Origin: an uncultured Chloroflexia bacterium
GTDB taxonomy: Bacteria; Chloroflexota; Anaerolineae; CG2-30-64-16
Length of the DNA: 64,000 nucleotides
Assembly (NCBI GenBank): GCA_963841825.1
Contig: CAWJEL010000010.1
Span: 134,903-198,902, forward strand
Direction of reading: 5' to 3'
Shown: positions 18,961 to 30,435 of the stretch, one piece after another
Layout: each line of letters starts with the position of its first letter
Position numbering within the stretch: position 1 is the first letter of the stretch
Notes under the pieces: generated by a model
The model's database searches: none
The model's input: the letters and a program-made list of their open reading frames with translations, nothing else
Told to the model about the DNA's origin: nothing
Made by a program: the position numbers and the translations under genes

Positions 18961-20232
18961 ATGACCGAGTTTCTAAAGCTCTTGACCGCCGAAGCGGCCT
19001 GGGACATCTTCCGGGCACACTTCGCGCCAACTGTACGGGTCGAGACGCTCCGCGTCGCCGACGCGCTGGATCGCGTGCTGGCGCAGGACGCGGTCGCGCC
19101 GCATGAGCTGCCGACCTTCATCCGCAGCACGGTGGACGGCTATGCCGTGGCCGCGGCCGATACGCACGGCGCGTCTCAGGGCATGCCCGCCTACCTCGAC
19201 GTCGTTGCCGAGTCGCACATGGGCACGCGCACCGATTTCGTCCTGGGGCCGGGGCAGGCTGCGTTGGTGCATACCGGCGGCATGGTGCCCGAGGGCGCGG
19301 ACGCGGTGGTGATGATCGAGCACACCCACCGCGCCGGCGGCCCGATGTTCGGCGGGGACGCGCGCCAGCCCGCGTTCGAGCCATATGCCATCGAGGTCTA
19401 CCGCCCCGCCGCGGGCGGCGACGGCTGCATTCAGCCGGGCGAGGATGTGCGGACGGGCGATCTGATCCTGCCCGCGGGCCACCAACTGCGGCCGCAGGAC
19501 ATCGGCGGGCTGCTGGCGGTCGGTATCACGGAAGTTCAGGTTGCGCAACAGCCCCGGGTCGGGATCGTCAGCCAAGGCGATGAGGTGGTGTCGCCGGAAC
19601 AGGAGCCGGGGCCGGGCCAGGTGCGCGACATCAACAGTTACACGCTGGCGGGCTATGTACACCGCGCCGGGGGGGTGCCGCTCACCTATCCCATCGCGCC
19701 CGACACTCAGGCGGCGATCGACGCGGCGGTGCGCCGGGCGTTCGACGCTGCGGATGTGGTGGTGATCACCGCAGGCAGCTCGGTGAGCTATCGCGACCTG
19801 ACCGCCAACGCGATCAACACGCTCGGCGCGCCCGGCGTGCTGGTCCACGGCGTGGCGATCCGCCCCGGCAAACCCACCATTCTGGCGCTGTGCGACGGCA
19901 AGCCGGTGTTTGGGCTGCCGGGCAACCCGGTGTCGTGCATCAACATCTTCCGCCATTTCGTCACGCCGACGATCCGCCTGCTGCTGGGCGCGGAGCCGCT
20001 GCCTGAGCACACGGTGAAGGCCCGACTGGCGCGCAACATCCCCGCGGCCAGCGGCCGCGCCGACTTCGTGCGCGTGCGGCTGGAGGAGCGGGACGGTGAG
20101 ACGTGGGCCGTGCCGATCTTCGGCAAATCCAATCTGATTTTTACGTTGGTGCGCTCCGAAGGGGTCGTGGAGGTGCCGCTGAACAGCAACGGCATCCTGG
20201 CGGGATCGCACGTGTCAGTGCTTCTGGACTGA
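18961..20232 (+). CDS. moeA: Molybdopterin molybdenumtransferase
   Basis: LPTFIRSTVDGYAVAAADT..GQAALVHTGGMVPEGADAVVMIEHT..GDEVV..PGQVRDINSYTLAG..VVITAGSSVSYRDL..VAIRPGKPT..GLPGNPVS is the canonical MoeA domain order. Confidence 0.9.
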   Translation: MTEFLKLLTAEAAWDIFRAHFAPTVRVETLRVADALDRVLAQDAVAPHELPTFIRSTVDGYAVAAADTHGASQGMPAYLDVVAESHMGTRTDFVLGPGQAALVHTGGMVPEGADAVVMIEHTHRAGGPMFGGDARQPAFEPYAIEVYRPAAGGDGCIQPGEDVRTGDLILPAGHQLRPQDIGGLLAVGITEVQVAQQPRVGIVSQGDEVVSPEQEPGPGQVRDINSYTLAGYVHRAGGVPLTYPIAPDTQAAIDAAVRRAFDAADVVVITAGSSVSYRDLTANAINTLGAPGVLVHGVAIRPGKPTILALCDGKPVFGLPGNPVSCINIFRHFVTPTIRLLLGAEPLPEHTVKARLARNIPAASGRADFVRVRLEERDGETWAVPIFGKSNLIFTLVRSEGVVEVPLNSNGILAGSHVSVLLD

Positions 20233-20277
20233 GCAGGCGAGACCGAGCACGAGATCTGGCCGCGGTGGGGAAACGGA

Positions 20278-21623
20278 CTCATTACCCGACACGGGGTAGT
20301 ATCTTAACAGGCGGTCGCAACGACCGTGCGCCGTCGTAGTCAATGAGTAGGCGCGCTGCGCCTAGGGTGACTCGGTAGTGGGCCGCATAGGCAGCTTAAG
20401 TTGCCGGGCGAAAGCCCGGTTTGGGTAGGGTGAAGCGCCACGAAAACACCATTTTGAACTCCGCCAGGCGGTCCAAGGCCAACAAACGGTGTAACCAGCG
20501 CCAACCGATCTGAAACAGGCTCAAATCGCGGCGGTCGGCCCGATCCACCCGAGCGGTTTGCCGGCTGAGCGCCAGGTGGGTGCCCAGGCCGAGGGCCATA
20601 CAGGTTGCAATAGCGATTGCCAGAATCAAGCGGTCAATGTGCTCGGGATCGGTCAGATGCGTGCGGGCTAAGCCAAAGCCGCGGGACTTACAACTGCCGA
20701 ACAAAGTTTCGATCCAAAACCGCCGTTCGTACACCAGATGCGGTTGTTGCGCCGCCGGTAAGCTCGAAAGCAGGCACAGCGGTTCAGCTTCACCCTGACC
20801 CCACTGGATCGTGAGGGTCAAATCCGCCAGGCGATGTGCTTGGGTGAAACAGACCTGCTCCCAGTGGCGCACCTGCCCGGCCTGCAGTTCGCTGGTGTCG
20901 ACCAACTCGGCACTGGGTTGCCAGGCGGGATCGTCAGGCGTGCGTACGAGACAGCTCGTACGCACGTGGCACACAAAATCCCACTGCTGCTGGCGTACCC
21001 AGGTAATCACCGGTTCGTTGCAGTATTCGGCGTCGCCCAGCACGACGACGTGCCGGTAAGCGCACAGGTAGGGTTGCAGGCGCTCCAGCAAAGCCTGCTG
21101 GAAGGCGCCGGTAACGTGGCCTTTCTTGCCCTGAATACTCTGCCAGCCCAACGGCAAGACGGTCTCATGATACGCCAGCGCCGCCATGAGCGTCCGGCAC
21201 TGCCGCCCCACCTGCGTACAATCCAGGATCAGATAGGCCGTTTCACTGCTTAAGCTGGCCTGCATCGCCAGTACAAACGGCTCAAACAGCACTGCCACCT
21301 TGACATCGGGATTGGCGACAAATCGCTCAAAGCGCCGCACCGCACTGAGCAGGCGAATATCGGCCGGTATCCAGACCGCCATTTCCCAGAACTGGACATT
21401 GCGGCCGAGAACCAGGCCCGTGACCAGCAACGCCAGCGTGATGAGCAACGAGTTCTCGGGCTCTTCGTGCAGAACATGGAGCATGTCGCGAATATGCAAA
21501 TAAAGCTGCCGACTGGGCATCGTGGGTGACCTCCGCATCAGGATCGTCCAACGATGCCTCAAGTCCGCCAACTTGCCAAATTGACTTCGGCTGATCGCGA
21601 ATCAGCCCGTGTCGGGTAGTGAG
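20278..21623 (-). mobile_element. Intact IS4-like insertion sequence (1346 bp) with 18-bp terminal inverted repeats and 9-bp target-site duplication
   Basis: IRL is ctcattacccgacacggg (20278-20295). IRR is cccgtgtcgggtagtgag (21606-21623), whose reverse complement ctcactacccgacacggg matches at 17/18. The direct repeat ggaaacgga lies immediately outside both ends (20269-20277 and 21624-21632). Confidence 0.85.
20396..21520 (-). CDS. DDE transposase, IS4 family-like
   Basis: MPSRQLYLHIRDML.. has GGAGG 8 nt upstream of ATG 21520. Acidic-triad context is LILDCTQ, VVVLGDAEYC and YERRFWIETLFGSCKSRGF (Y-x2-R-x3-E-x6-K-like). Confidence 0.8.
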   Translation of the reverse strand: MPSRQLYLHIRDMLHVLHEEPENSLLITLALLVTGLVLGRNVQFWEMAVWIPADIRLLSAVRRFERFVANPDVKVAVLFEPFVLAMQASLSSETAYLILDCTQVGRQCRTLMAALAYHETVLPLGWQSIQGKKGHVTGAFQQALLERLQPYLCAYRHVVVLGDAEYCNEPVITWVRQQQWDFVCHVRTSCLVRTPDDPAWQPSAELVDTSELQAGQVRHWEQVCFTQAHRLADLTLTIQWGQGEAEPLCLLSSLPAAQQPHLVYERRFWIETLFGSCKSRGFGLARTHLTDPEHIDRLILAIAIATCMALGLGTHLALSRQTARVDRADRRDLSLFQIGWRWLHRLLALDRLAEFKMVFSWRFTLPKPGFRPAT

Positions 21624-21650
21624 GGAAACGGAAAGTGTAATCTACTGGGA

Positions 21651-21682
21651 TCGTAACCGTTTTTAGACCTGCTAGTAACCCA
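21651..21682 (+). promoter_or_regulatory. Copy of recurrent 32-nt motif (TxGTAACC-N10-N7-TAAC..)
   Basis: tcgtaacc gtttttagac ctgctag taaccca. It lies 19 nt beyond the target-site duplication of the IS (28 nt from the IS end) and ~337 nt upstream of the protease gene start. Confidence 0.35.
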
Positions 21683-21987
21683 TATGAGACTGGTTTGTGA
21701 GATACTGCTTTCAGGCAATGGGTATATGAACCGGATAGGAGGCAATGCCTTGATCGGCGGCAAGGTGACGGCCTATGGGTCGCTTCGGTCACTCCTCATT
21801 GTATGAGGCATTGCCACCCGTTTCGAGGCAGAGCCAAGCGTTTTTTTTGCGCGCCAACGGTTCGCGCGACTGGCGCAGGGATACCCCAGATGATTTCTCA
21901 CACGTTGAACCACGAATGGTCTGTATTGATGGACCCATTGATTACTCGATCCATAGGATCGCCTGCAAGTTTTTGAAGGTGTGGCAT

Positions 21988-24900
21988 ATGAAGGTGCTTA
22001 AGGTCACGGCTGGCTTGCTCTTGGCGCTGGTACTCACCGTCGGGTTGGCGCGCTTGGCGCCCATTTGGGCGGCGCCGCAGGTCGTAAACACGATCGCCGG
22101 GTCGGTTTTTCTGGATAGCAACTTGAACGGCAGCCAAGATGTGGGTGAACCCGGCGCGCCGGACATCAAGCTGGAGTTGTATAGCGACGATAACGGGAAT
22201 GGCCTGATTGACAAGCATGATCACCGTCTCTCGAAGCTAACCAGTGATGCGGAGGGTGTGTTTGCCTTTCGGGTCGGGCAGAGCGGCGTTTTCCTGGTCA
22301 AGGTCGATACCAAGAGCCTGCCCAAGCACGCGGCCCTCACGACGCTGAACCGGCAGGCCGCTTCATTTAATGAATTGGGGCAAACCGACGCCGACAACCA
22401 CTTCGGCTATACGGACGCGCCCTATGTGGATGACGAGGCATTGGTCAGCTTCACCGCAGGCACTGCGAAGGCGCGTATCAAAGAAATCATCGACGGTTAT
22501 GGTCTCAAGCTCAAGCTCAAACGCTACCAGGAAGGCATCGACGTTTACCTGCTGACCACCCCGCCGGGTGAGGTGGATGCGGTCATCAGCTATCTGGGCG
22601 GCTATGCCGAGGTGGCCTATGCGGAGCGCAACGGCAAGGTCGGCGGCGGGTGGACCCCTGGCGACCCCGACTATGCCGACCCGACCAAGAGCTATGGCCT
22701 GCGCCGCATCCAGGCCGAGACAGCTTGGGAGACTACCAAGGGGGATGCCGCCACGCTCGTGGCGCTCGTGGATTCCGGTCTGGCGCTGACGCACCCTGAG
22801 TTCGCCGGGCGCGTGAGTCCGGGCTGGGACTTTGTCAATAATGACGCCGATCCCAGCGACGACAACGGCCACGGCACCCATGTCGCCGGCATTATCGCTG
22901 CGGCCATGGACAACGGTGAGGGTTCCACGGGGGTTGCGCCCGGCGTGACGCTGATGCCGGTGAAGGCGCTGAACGCCGCCAATGCGGGCACCTGGGCCAA
23001 CGTGGCCGCGGGCATCGTCTATGCGGTGGATCACGGGGCCAGCGTCATCAACCTCAGCCTGGGCGGGCATGTGGCCTCGATCACGTTACACGACGCCATC
23101 GCCTATGCGGCGGCGCACGATGTGGTAGTGGTGGCGGGCAGCGGCAATCTGCCGGACGGCGAACCGTTTTACCCGGCCGCCTATCCTGAGGTGCTGGCGG
23201 TCTCGGCAACGGACGCGACGGATGCCTGGTGGACTTCGTCGGACTATGGCGACTGGGTCGACGTGGCGGCGCCGGGCGACGCGATCTGGAGCACCCTGTG
23301 GACCTCGGCCGCCCCTGAGACGTATGCAACCAAGTCCGGCACATCGATGGCCACCGGCTTTGTCAGCGGCCTGGCGGCGCTGGTCCGCTCTGCGCGGCCT
23401 GAACTGAGCGCGCTGGACGTGCAGGTCCTCATCCAACAGGCCAGCGATGATAAGGGGGAGCCGGGGCCGGATGCGTTTTACGGCTGGGGTCGCATCAATG
23501 CCGGGGCTGCCTTGGGAATCGCCGGTGCGTGGCAGAGGAGCTCCCCCACGCCCACCGCAACCACGCGCCCACTTGCTACGGCGACGCCAACTGCAACCGC
23601 GACCCCGCCGCCCGTGCCCTACCTGCAGCGCGTCAGCGCTGGCTCTTCGGCCGCGTACACCGATGTTAACGGACAAACCTGGGCCGCGGACAAGGCGTTC
23701 CAGACCGGCGCTTGGGGCTATACTGGGGGCAAAGCGAAGTCGTATAACACCGTTGTGGCCGGCGCTGCTGACGGCGGCCTTTACCAGAAGCAGCGCGAAG
23801 AGATGACCGAGTACAAGTTCACCGTGCCCAACGGCATGTACCGGGTCAACCTCAAGTTCGCCGAGTTTGCCGTCACCAGTGCCAACCAGCGTGCCATGCT
23901 CATCAGCATGGAGGGCGCACCCGTGGAAAACCCGCTCAACGTCTATGTGGCGGCGGGCAAGGCGGTCGCGTTGGATCGCGCCTACAGCGTGCTTGTGACA
24001 GACGGTGTGCTCAATGTCGCGTTCACCAAGAACAGCGGCGCCGGGTCCAGCCCCATGGTCTCGGCCATCGAGCTGATCAGCCAGGGCAGCCTCGTCCTCA
24101 CAGATGCGGGAGGCGTTCCCGTCGCGACCACGCGCATTGGCGAACAACTCGGCATCACACTCTTCGATGCCGATGCCAACACAAGCGCCACCAGCACACA
24201 AAGCCTCATCATGACGGCCGCAGACCCCATCTCAGGCGATCAGGAGCAGGTGACTCTGACAGAAACTGGGCCAAATTCGGGCATTTTCACCGGGAGCCTG
24301 TTGTTGTCCCGCATGCTTGGGCAAGCTGTGAATGACGGGTACCTGAACACGGCCACCGACCATGTAATCAACGTTCGCTACGAGGATACCGATGATTTTC
24401 CGGCTGATCTGCGGGAGAGTTCGGTTGTCGCCCTGGCGCCGGGCAGCGCAGATATAAAGGTGAGCCTCGACGTGGATGACACCACGCCCAGCGAAAATCA
24501 GGAGCTTGTCTACACAATCAAGGTCAAAAATGAACACGGCCCCGACGCTGCCACCAGCCTGGTGATCAGCGAGCCTGCGCCCAACGGCAGCGTTTATCTA
24601 TCGGGGACGCCCAGCAGCGGGACGTTTGATCTCGCCAGCGGCCGCTGGCTCATCGGGACACTCCCCAAAGATGCCGAAGCCGTCCTGACCCTCCGCGCCA
24701 AAGTGACGGCCCGGGGCGGTCAAACCGTCGTTAACACTGCGGCGGTGCAGACGATGGACCAGGACGAACGCCATGTCGGCGACGAGACTGCCAGCTTGAG
24801 CGTAACGGTCAATCCGGTCGATTTGCGGGTGACTGCGGCGGCCGATGATACGACCCCCGATGAGGGGCAGATCGTCCGCTTCACGCTCGCCGTCAAGAAC

Positions 24901-27065
24901 AGCGGCCCGGCCGATCTGGCCACGGGCATCCTGCTCAACAGTGCCCTGCCCGCCGGCCTTACGCCCATGGCGGTCACGCCCAGCCAGGGCAGCTACAATG
25001 CCGTCACGGGGGTCTGGACGGTGGGCAGCGTGGCGAAAGATGCCACGGCACAGCTCGTCACGGAGGTTGCGATGCCCCTTGACGCCAGCGGTCAGACCTT
25101 CGTCTATGGCGCTGCTTTGCTGGCGGTGGACCAAATCGAAACCGATGCGGGCGACAACAGCAGCGATGTAAGCCTGACGGTCAACGGCGCGGACATCATC
25201 GTCAAGGCAGCGGTGGATGACGATCGGCCGGACGAGAACCAGCTCATCGCCTACACCATCAGCGCCAAGAACGATGGACCGGCGGGCCTGGCGACGGGCA
25301 TCGTCCTCCGCGCCGATTCCATTGCCGGGCGGCCTTACCTTCGTCTCGGTCACGCCCGGCCAGGGCAACTATGATCAAGGCACGGGTGTTTGGACGGTGG
25401 GCAGCTTGACCAAAGGCGCTAAAGCCGAATTGGTCATCCGCGCCGCGGTCAACCCCAAAACCAGCGGTCAGACTTTCTTCTACGGCGCAACGCTGCTGGC
25501 GGTAGATCAAGTCGAAACCGATGCAAAGGATAACACCGATAGCGTGCGCCTGACGGTCAACGGGGCGGACATCGTCGTTGGTGCGGCGGTGGACGACACC
25601 CAGCCGGACGAGAACCAACCCATCGCCTATACCATCAGCGCCAAGAACGATGGGCCAGCGGGCCTGGCGACGGGCATCGTCCTCCGCGTCGATCCATTGC
25701 CGGCCGAGCTCACCCTCATCTCTGTGACGCCCGGCCAGGGTAGCTATGACCCCATCGCAGGAGTTTGGGCGGTGGGCAGCCTGGCCAAAGGCGTCACGGC
25801 GCAATTGGTCATCCGCGCCGTAGTCAAGCTCAATACCGGCGGTCAAACCTTGGTCTACGGCGCGTCGTTGCTGGCGGTGGACCAGGCTGAGACCAAGGCT
25901 GACAACAACAGTGCCAACGTGAGCCTGACGGTCAACGGCGTAGACATCGCGGTCAGCGCGGCGGTGGATAACAGTCAACCCGGTGAGAACCAGGTCGTCG
26001 CCTACACGATCAGCGCCAAAAACAATGGGCCGGCCGACCTGGCGACGGGCATCCTCATCAGCGATATATTACCTGCTGGTCTCACGTTTGTTTCGGCTGC
26101 AACCGATCAGGGCAGCTACGATCCCGCTGCGGGCGTTTGGACGGTGGGCAGCCTGGCCAAAGATGTCTCGACGCGGCTGGCTATCAACGCGGCGGTTGAC
26201 CCCGGCACGACCGGCCAGACAATTGTCAGTCCAGTAGCCTTGTTGGCGGTGGACCAGCATGAAACCAAGGCCGACAACAATCGCGCTGAGCACGAGCATG
26301 ACGGTGGTGGGCACGGACATCGTGGTCTCGGCCGCGGTGAACGAGAACGAGCCGGGTGAGGGTCAAGCGATCGTCTATACGATCAGCGCCAAGAACGAGG
26401 GCCCATTGGCCCTCGCCACTGGCATGAGCTTGGCCGCGTTGCTGCCGGATGGCCTCACTTTCGTCTCGGCCACGGCCGACCAGGGCAGCTACGATCCGAT
26501 CACGGGATTCTGGTCGGTGGGCAAGCTGGCTAAAGGCGCCACGGTGCGACTCAACATCAGTGCCCAGGTCAATCTCGGCACCGCCGGGCAAACGGTCAGC
26601 AGTCTCGCTGAGTTGACCGCTCTCGATCAGCATGAGATGGATGCCACCAACAATGCCCGGACGGTCGCTATTATAATTGAACCGACCGACATCAAGGTAA
26701 CGCTATCCGTCAAAGACAGCAAGCGGAAGCCGGGCGAGAGCACCGAATACACCGTCGAGGTTAAGCACAACGGCCCGGCACAGAACGTCGCCACCGGGGT
26801 GGTGATCAGCGATGTGTTGCCGGATGGCGTCATGTTTGTCTCGGCCGCGCCGGAACAGGGAACCTACGAGCCAGGCACCGGCCGGTGGGATGTGGGATCG
26901 CTGGCCAGCGGCGTGACCAAAAAGCTGAAGATCAAAGTGACAGTTGGGTCTGCAACGCCGATCGGTGCTACGATCGTCAACACGGCGAGCTTGCTGAGCC
27001 TGGATCAGACCGACACAGCCCTGCTCAATAACAGCGCTAGCGCTACGCTTACCGTCCGCAAGTAA
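21988..27065 (+). CDS. Secreted subtilisin-family (S8) peptidase with SdrD-B-like N-domain, I9-like propeptide, malectin domain and 7 DUF11-type repeats (two frameshifts as sequenced)
   Basis: A signal peptide is present (MKVLKVTAGLLLALVLTVGLA). The catalytic triad contexts are VALVDSG, HGTHVAGII and SGTSMATGFVSG. The malectin-like module is YLQRVSAGSSAAYTDVNGQTWAADKAF..YQKQREEMTEYKFTVPNGMYRVNLKFAEF..PMVSAIELI. About 122-aa DUF11 repeats (D[IL].V...VDD..P.E.Q...YTI..KN.GP..ATG..) run from ~24448 to 27062. Frame changes are at ~25317 (extra T) and ~26285. Confidence 0.8.
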
Positions 27066-27136
27066 GCAAACCCGTTACAGAAAAAATGTCGAAAAGCGAC
27101 TATGCAACCAGAATGGATTTATTGTTCGGCGGCAGT

Positions 27137-30100
27137 ATGTATCGCCGAAAGAGGTGTAACGTGAAGGCGCTCAAGGTCACGGCTGGCTTGATCTTGGTGC
27201 TGGTTTTCGCCGCTGGCTTGGCGCGCCTGGCGGTGCCCTCTCTCGCGGCGCCGCAGGTGGTGAACACGATCGCCGGGTCGGTTTTTGTGGATAGCAACTT
27301 GAACGGCAGCCAAGACGCGGGTGAACCCGGCGCGCCCGACATCAAGCTGGAGTTGTACAGCGACGATAATGGCAATGGCCTGATTGACAAGCATGATCAC
27401 CGTCTCTCGAAGCTAACCAGTGATGCGGAGGGTGTGTTTGCCTTTCGGGTCGGGCAGAGCGGTGTTTTCCTGGTTAAGGTCGATACCAAGAGCCTGCCCA
27501 AGCACGCGGCCCTCACGACGCTGAACCGGCAGGCCGCTTCATTTAATGAATTGGGGCAAACCGACGCCGACAACCACTTCGGCTATACGGACGCGCCCTA
27601 TGTGGATGACGAGGCATTGGTCAGCTTCACCGCAGGCACTGCGAAGGCGCGTATCAAAGAAATCATCGACGGTTATGGTCTCAAGCTCAAGCTCAAACGC
27701 TACCAGGAAGGCATCGACGTTTACCTGCTGACCACCCCGCCGGGTGAGGTGGATGCGGTCATCAGCTATCTGGGCGGCTATGCCGAGGTGGCCTATGCGG
27801 AGCGCAACGGCAAGGTCGGCGGCGGGTGGACCCCTGGCGACCCCGACTATGCCGACCCGACCAAGAGCTACGGCTTGCGCCGCATCCAGGCCGAGACAGC
27901 CTGGGAGACTACCAAGGGGGATGCCGCCACGCTCGTGGCGCTCGTGGATTCCGGTCTGGCGCTGACGCACCCTGAGTTCGCCGGGCGGGTGAGTCCGGGC
28001 TGGGACTTTGTCAATGATGACGCCGATCCCAGCGACGACAACGGCCACGGCACCCATGTCGCCGGCATTATCGCTGCGGCCATGGACAACGGTGAGGGTT
28101 CCACGGGGGTTGCGCCCGGCGTGACGCTGATGCCGGTGAAGGCGCTGAACGCCGCCAATGCGGGCACCTGGGCCAACGTGGCCGCGGGCATCGTCTATGC
28201 GGTGGATCACGGGGCCAGCGTCATCAACCTCAGCCTGGGCGGGCATGTGGCCTCGATCACGTTACACGACGCCATCGCCTATGCGGCGGCGCACGATGTG
28301 GTAGTGGTGGCGGGCAGCGGCAATCTGCCGGACGGCGAACCGTTTTACCCGGCCGCCTATCCTGAGGTGCTGGCGGTCTCGGCAACGGACGCGACGGATG
28401 CCTGGTGGACTTCGTCGGACTATGGCGACTGGGTCGACGTGGCGGCGCCGGGCGACGCGATCTGGAGCACCCTGTGGACCTCGGCCGCCCCTGAGACGTA
28501 TGCAACCAAGTCCGGCACATCGATGGCCACCGGCTTTGTCAGCGGCCTGGCGGCGCTGGTCCGCTCTGCGCGGCCTGAACTGAGCACGCTGGACGTGCAG
28601 GTCCTCATCCAACAGGCCAGCGATGATAAGGGGGAGCCGGGGCCGGATGCGTTTTACGGCTGGGGTCGCATCAATGCCGGGGCTGCCTTGGGAATCGCCG
28701 GTGCGTGGGTGCCAGTCACGCCCATGCCGACGGCTACGGCTACGCCGATGCCCACCAGCACGCCGACGCCCACTCGCACGCCATCGCCCACTCCGATCCC
28801 CTACGTGGCACGCGTCAATGTCGGCAGCACCGCCCCCTTCACCGATGGAGCAGGCCAAGTCTGGCCGGCGGACAAGACATTCGTCGCGGGTTCGTGGGGT
28901 TACACTGGAGGCAGCGCGAAGTCCTACTCCACCCTCGTTGCTGGCACCAACGACGACCCGCTCTTCCAAAAGCTGCGCGATGGGATAACACAGTACCAGC
29001 TCACCGTGCCCAACGGCGCCTACCAGGTCCGTTTCCGTTTCGCCGACTTCGCCGTCTCAAAGGTCGGTGACCGCGTCATGCAGATCAGCATCGAAGGCGT
29101 CACCGTCGAGACCGGGCTGGACGTGTACAAGACGGCGGGGAAGGCTGGTGCGCTCGACCGGATCTATGCTGTCAATGTTGCCGACGGCGTTCTCAGCATC
29201 GCTTTCACGAAGGTGAGTGGTAAGCAAAACCCGATGGTCTCAGCGATCGAGATCCAGGGCGGCGCCACGGCCGCCCCCACCCCCACCCTGACGCCCACCC
29301 CAATCGCCTCGGCCTACCTGCAGCGAATTGACAGCGGGAGCGCGCGCGACTACACTGACAGCCAGGGGCGGATTTGGGAGGGCGACCAAATCTATGACAG
29401 CGTGCGGTCGCCGACGTGGGGCAGCATTGAGGCTGGCGTGCAATCCGGTGTGGTCGGGGAGCCTTTTGCCGATTCCCGGCTTTTTGAGACCTGGGTCGAG
29501 GGCGGCAAGCTTGAATACAAATTCGATGTCTCCCCCGCCACCTATCAGGTGACGCTGCGCTTCGCTGAACTGGCCGTCGTGCAGGCCGACAAACGGGTCA
29601 TGCAGATCACGATCGAGGGCAATCCCGTGGAGACGGCCTTGGACGTGTATGCCCTGACAGGTGGCGGCGCTTCGTTGGATCGGACCTACACCGTGCCCGT
29701 GGCCGACGGCCAATTGAACATCGGTTTTACGAAGATTGGTGGCCGCGGGGCAGAGAATCCCATGGTCGCGGCTGTGGCCGTGGCCTATGTGGGGCCGCTG
29801 CCGGCAGCGACTGCGACCCCGACCGCGACACCAACGGTGACGCGTACCAACACGCCGACGCCAACGAAGACGCCGTTGGCGACTCCTACCAACACACCGC
29901 CCCCCTTCACGGTGCGGGTCAACGTGGGCAGCACCACCTATACGGACAAGAGCGCGCTCGTGTGGCTGGCGGACAAGGCATATGCGACCGGGTCGTGGGG
30001 GTACGTCGGCGGCACGACGGGCAAGGCCACAACCGCCCTGCCCAACACCACGGATGATACGCTCTATCAGAAGTACCGCACCCAGATGACGGAGTACAAG

Positions 30101-30371
30101 TTCACCGTGCCGAACGGGACCTATCAGGTGCGGCTGCGCTTCGCCGAGTTTTCGACGACGACGGTCGGCGCGCGGGCGATGAAGATCACGCTGGAGGGTG
30201 TGACCGTGGATAATGCGTTGGATGTGGTCGCGCTCGCTGCCGGGCAAGGCGATGGCCTTCGACAGGACGTACCAGGCCACTGTGACGGATGGCATCCTCA
30301 ACATCGGCTTTGCACGCGCCGCCGGCGCCAGCCTGGACCCGGTGATTTCGGCGATTGAAGTACGTCAATAG
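27137..30371 (+). CDS. Secreted S8 peptidase paralog with four malectin domains separated by PT linkers (one frameshift near the 3' end as sequenced)
   Basis: The N-terminal ~520 aa are almost identical to the preceding gene, with the same triad motifs. Four YxxRxNxGS...W..D..F..G.WGY.GG modules are separated by TPTPT linkers. An extra G at ~30247 shifts the frame, and the corrected frame ends ..DPVISAIEVRQ at TAG 30369-30371. The start could be ATG 27137 or GTG 27161. Confidence 0.8.
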
Positions 30372-30435
30372 TGCGCCTGTCAGCGCGGGGCGCTGTGTGG
30401 TGCGTCGAGATGATTGGTAAAAAGAGGGTGGAATC

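Noticed and set aside
22201-28707. Near-identical segments in the two protease genes as a template/variable repeat pair of a diversity-generating retroelement.
   Set aside because: There is no reverse transcriptase in the window. The few differences are not adenine-specific, and the tract covers the conserved catalytic domain rather than a C-terminal ligand-binding fold.
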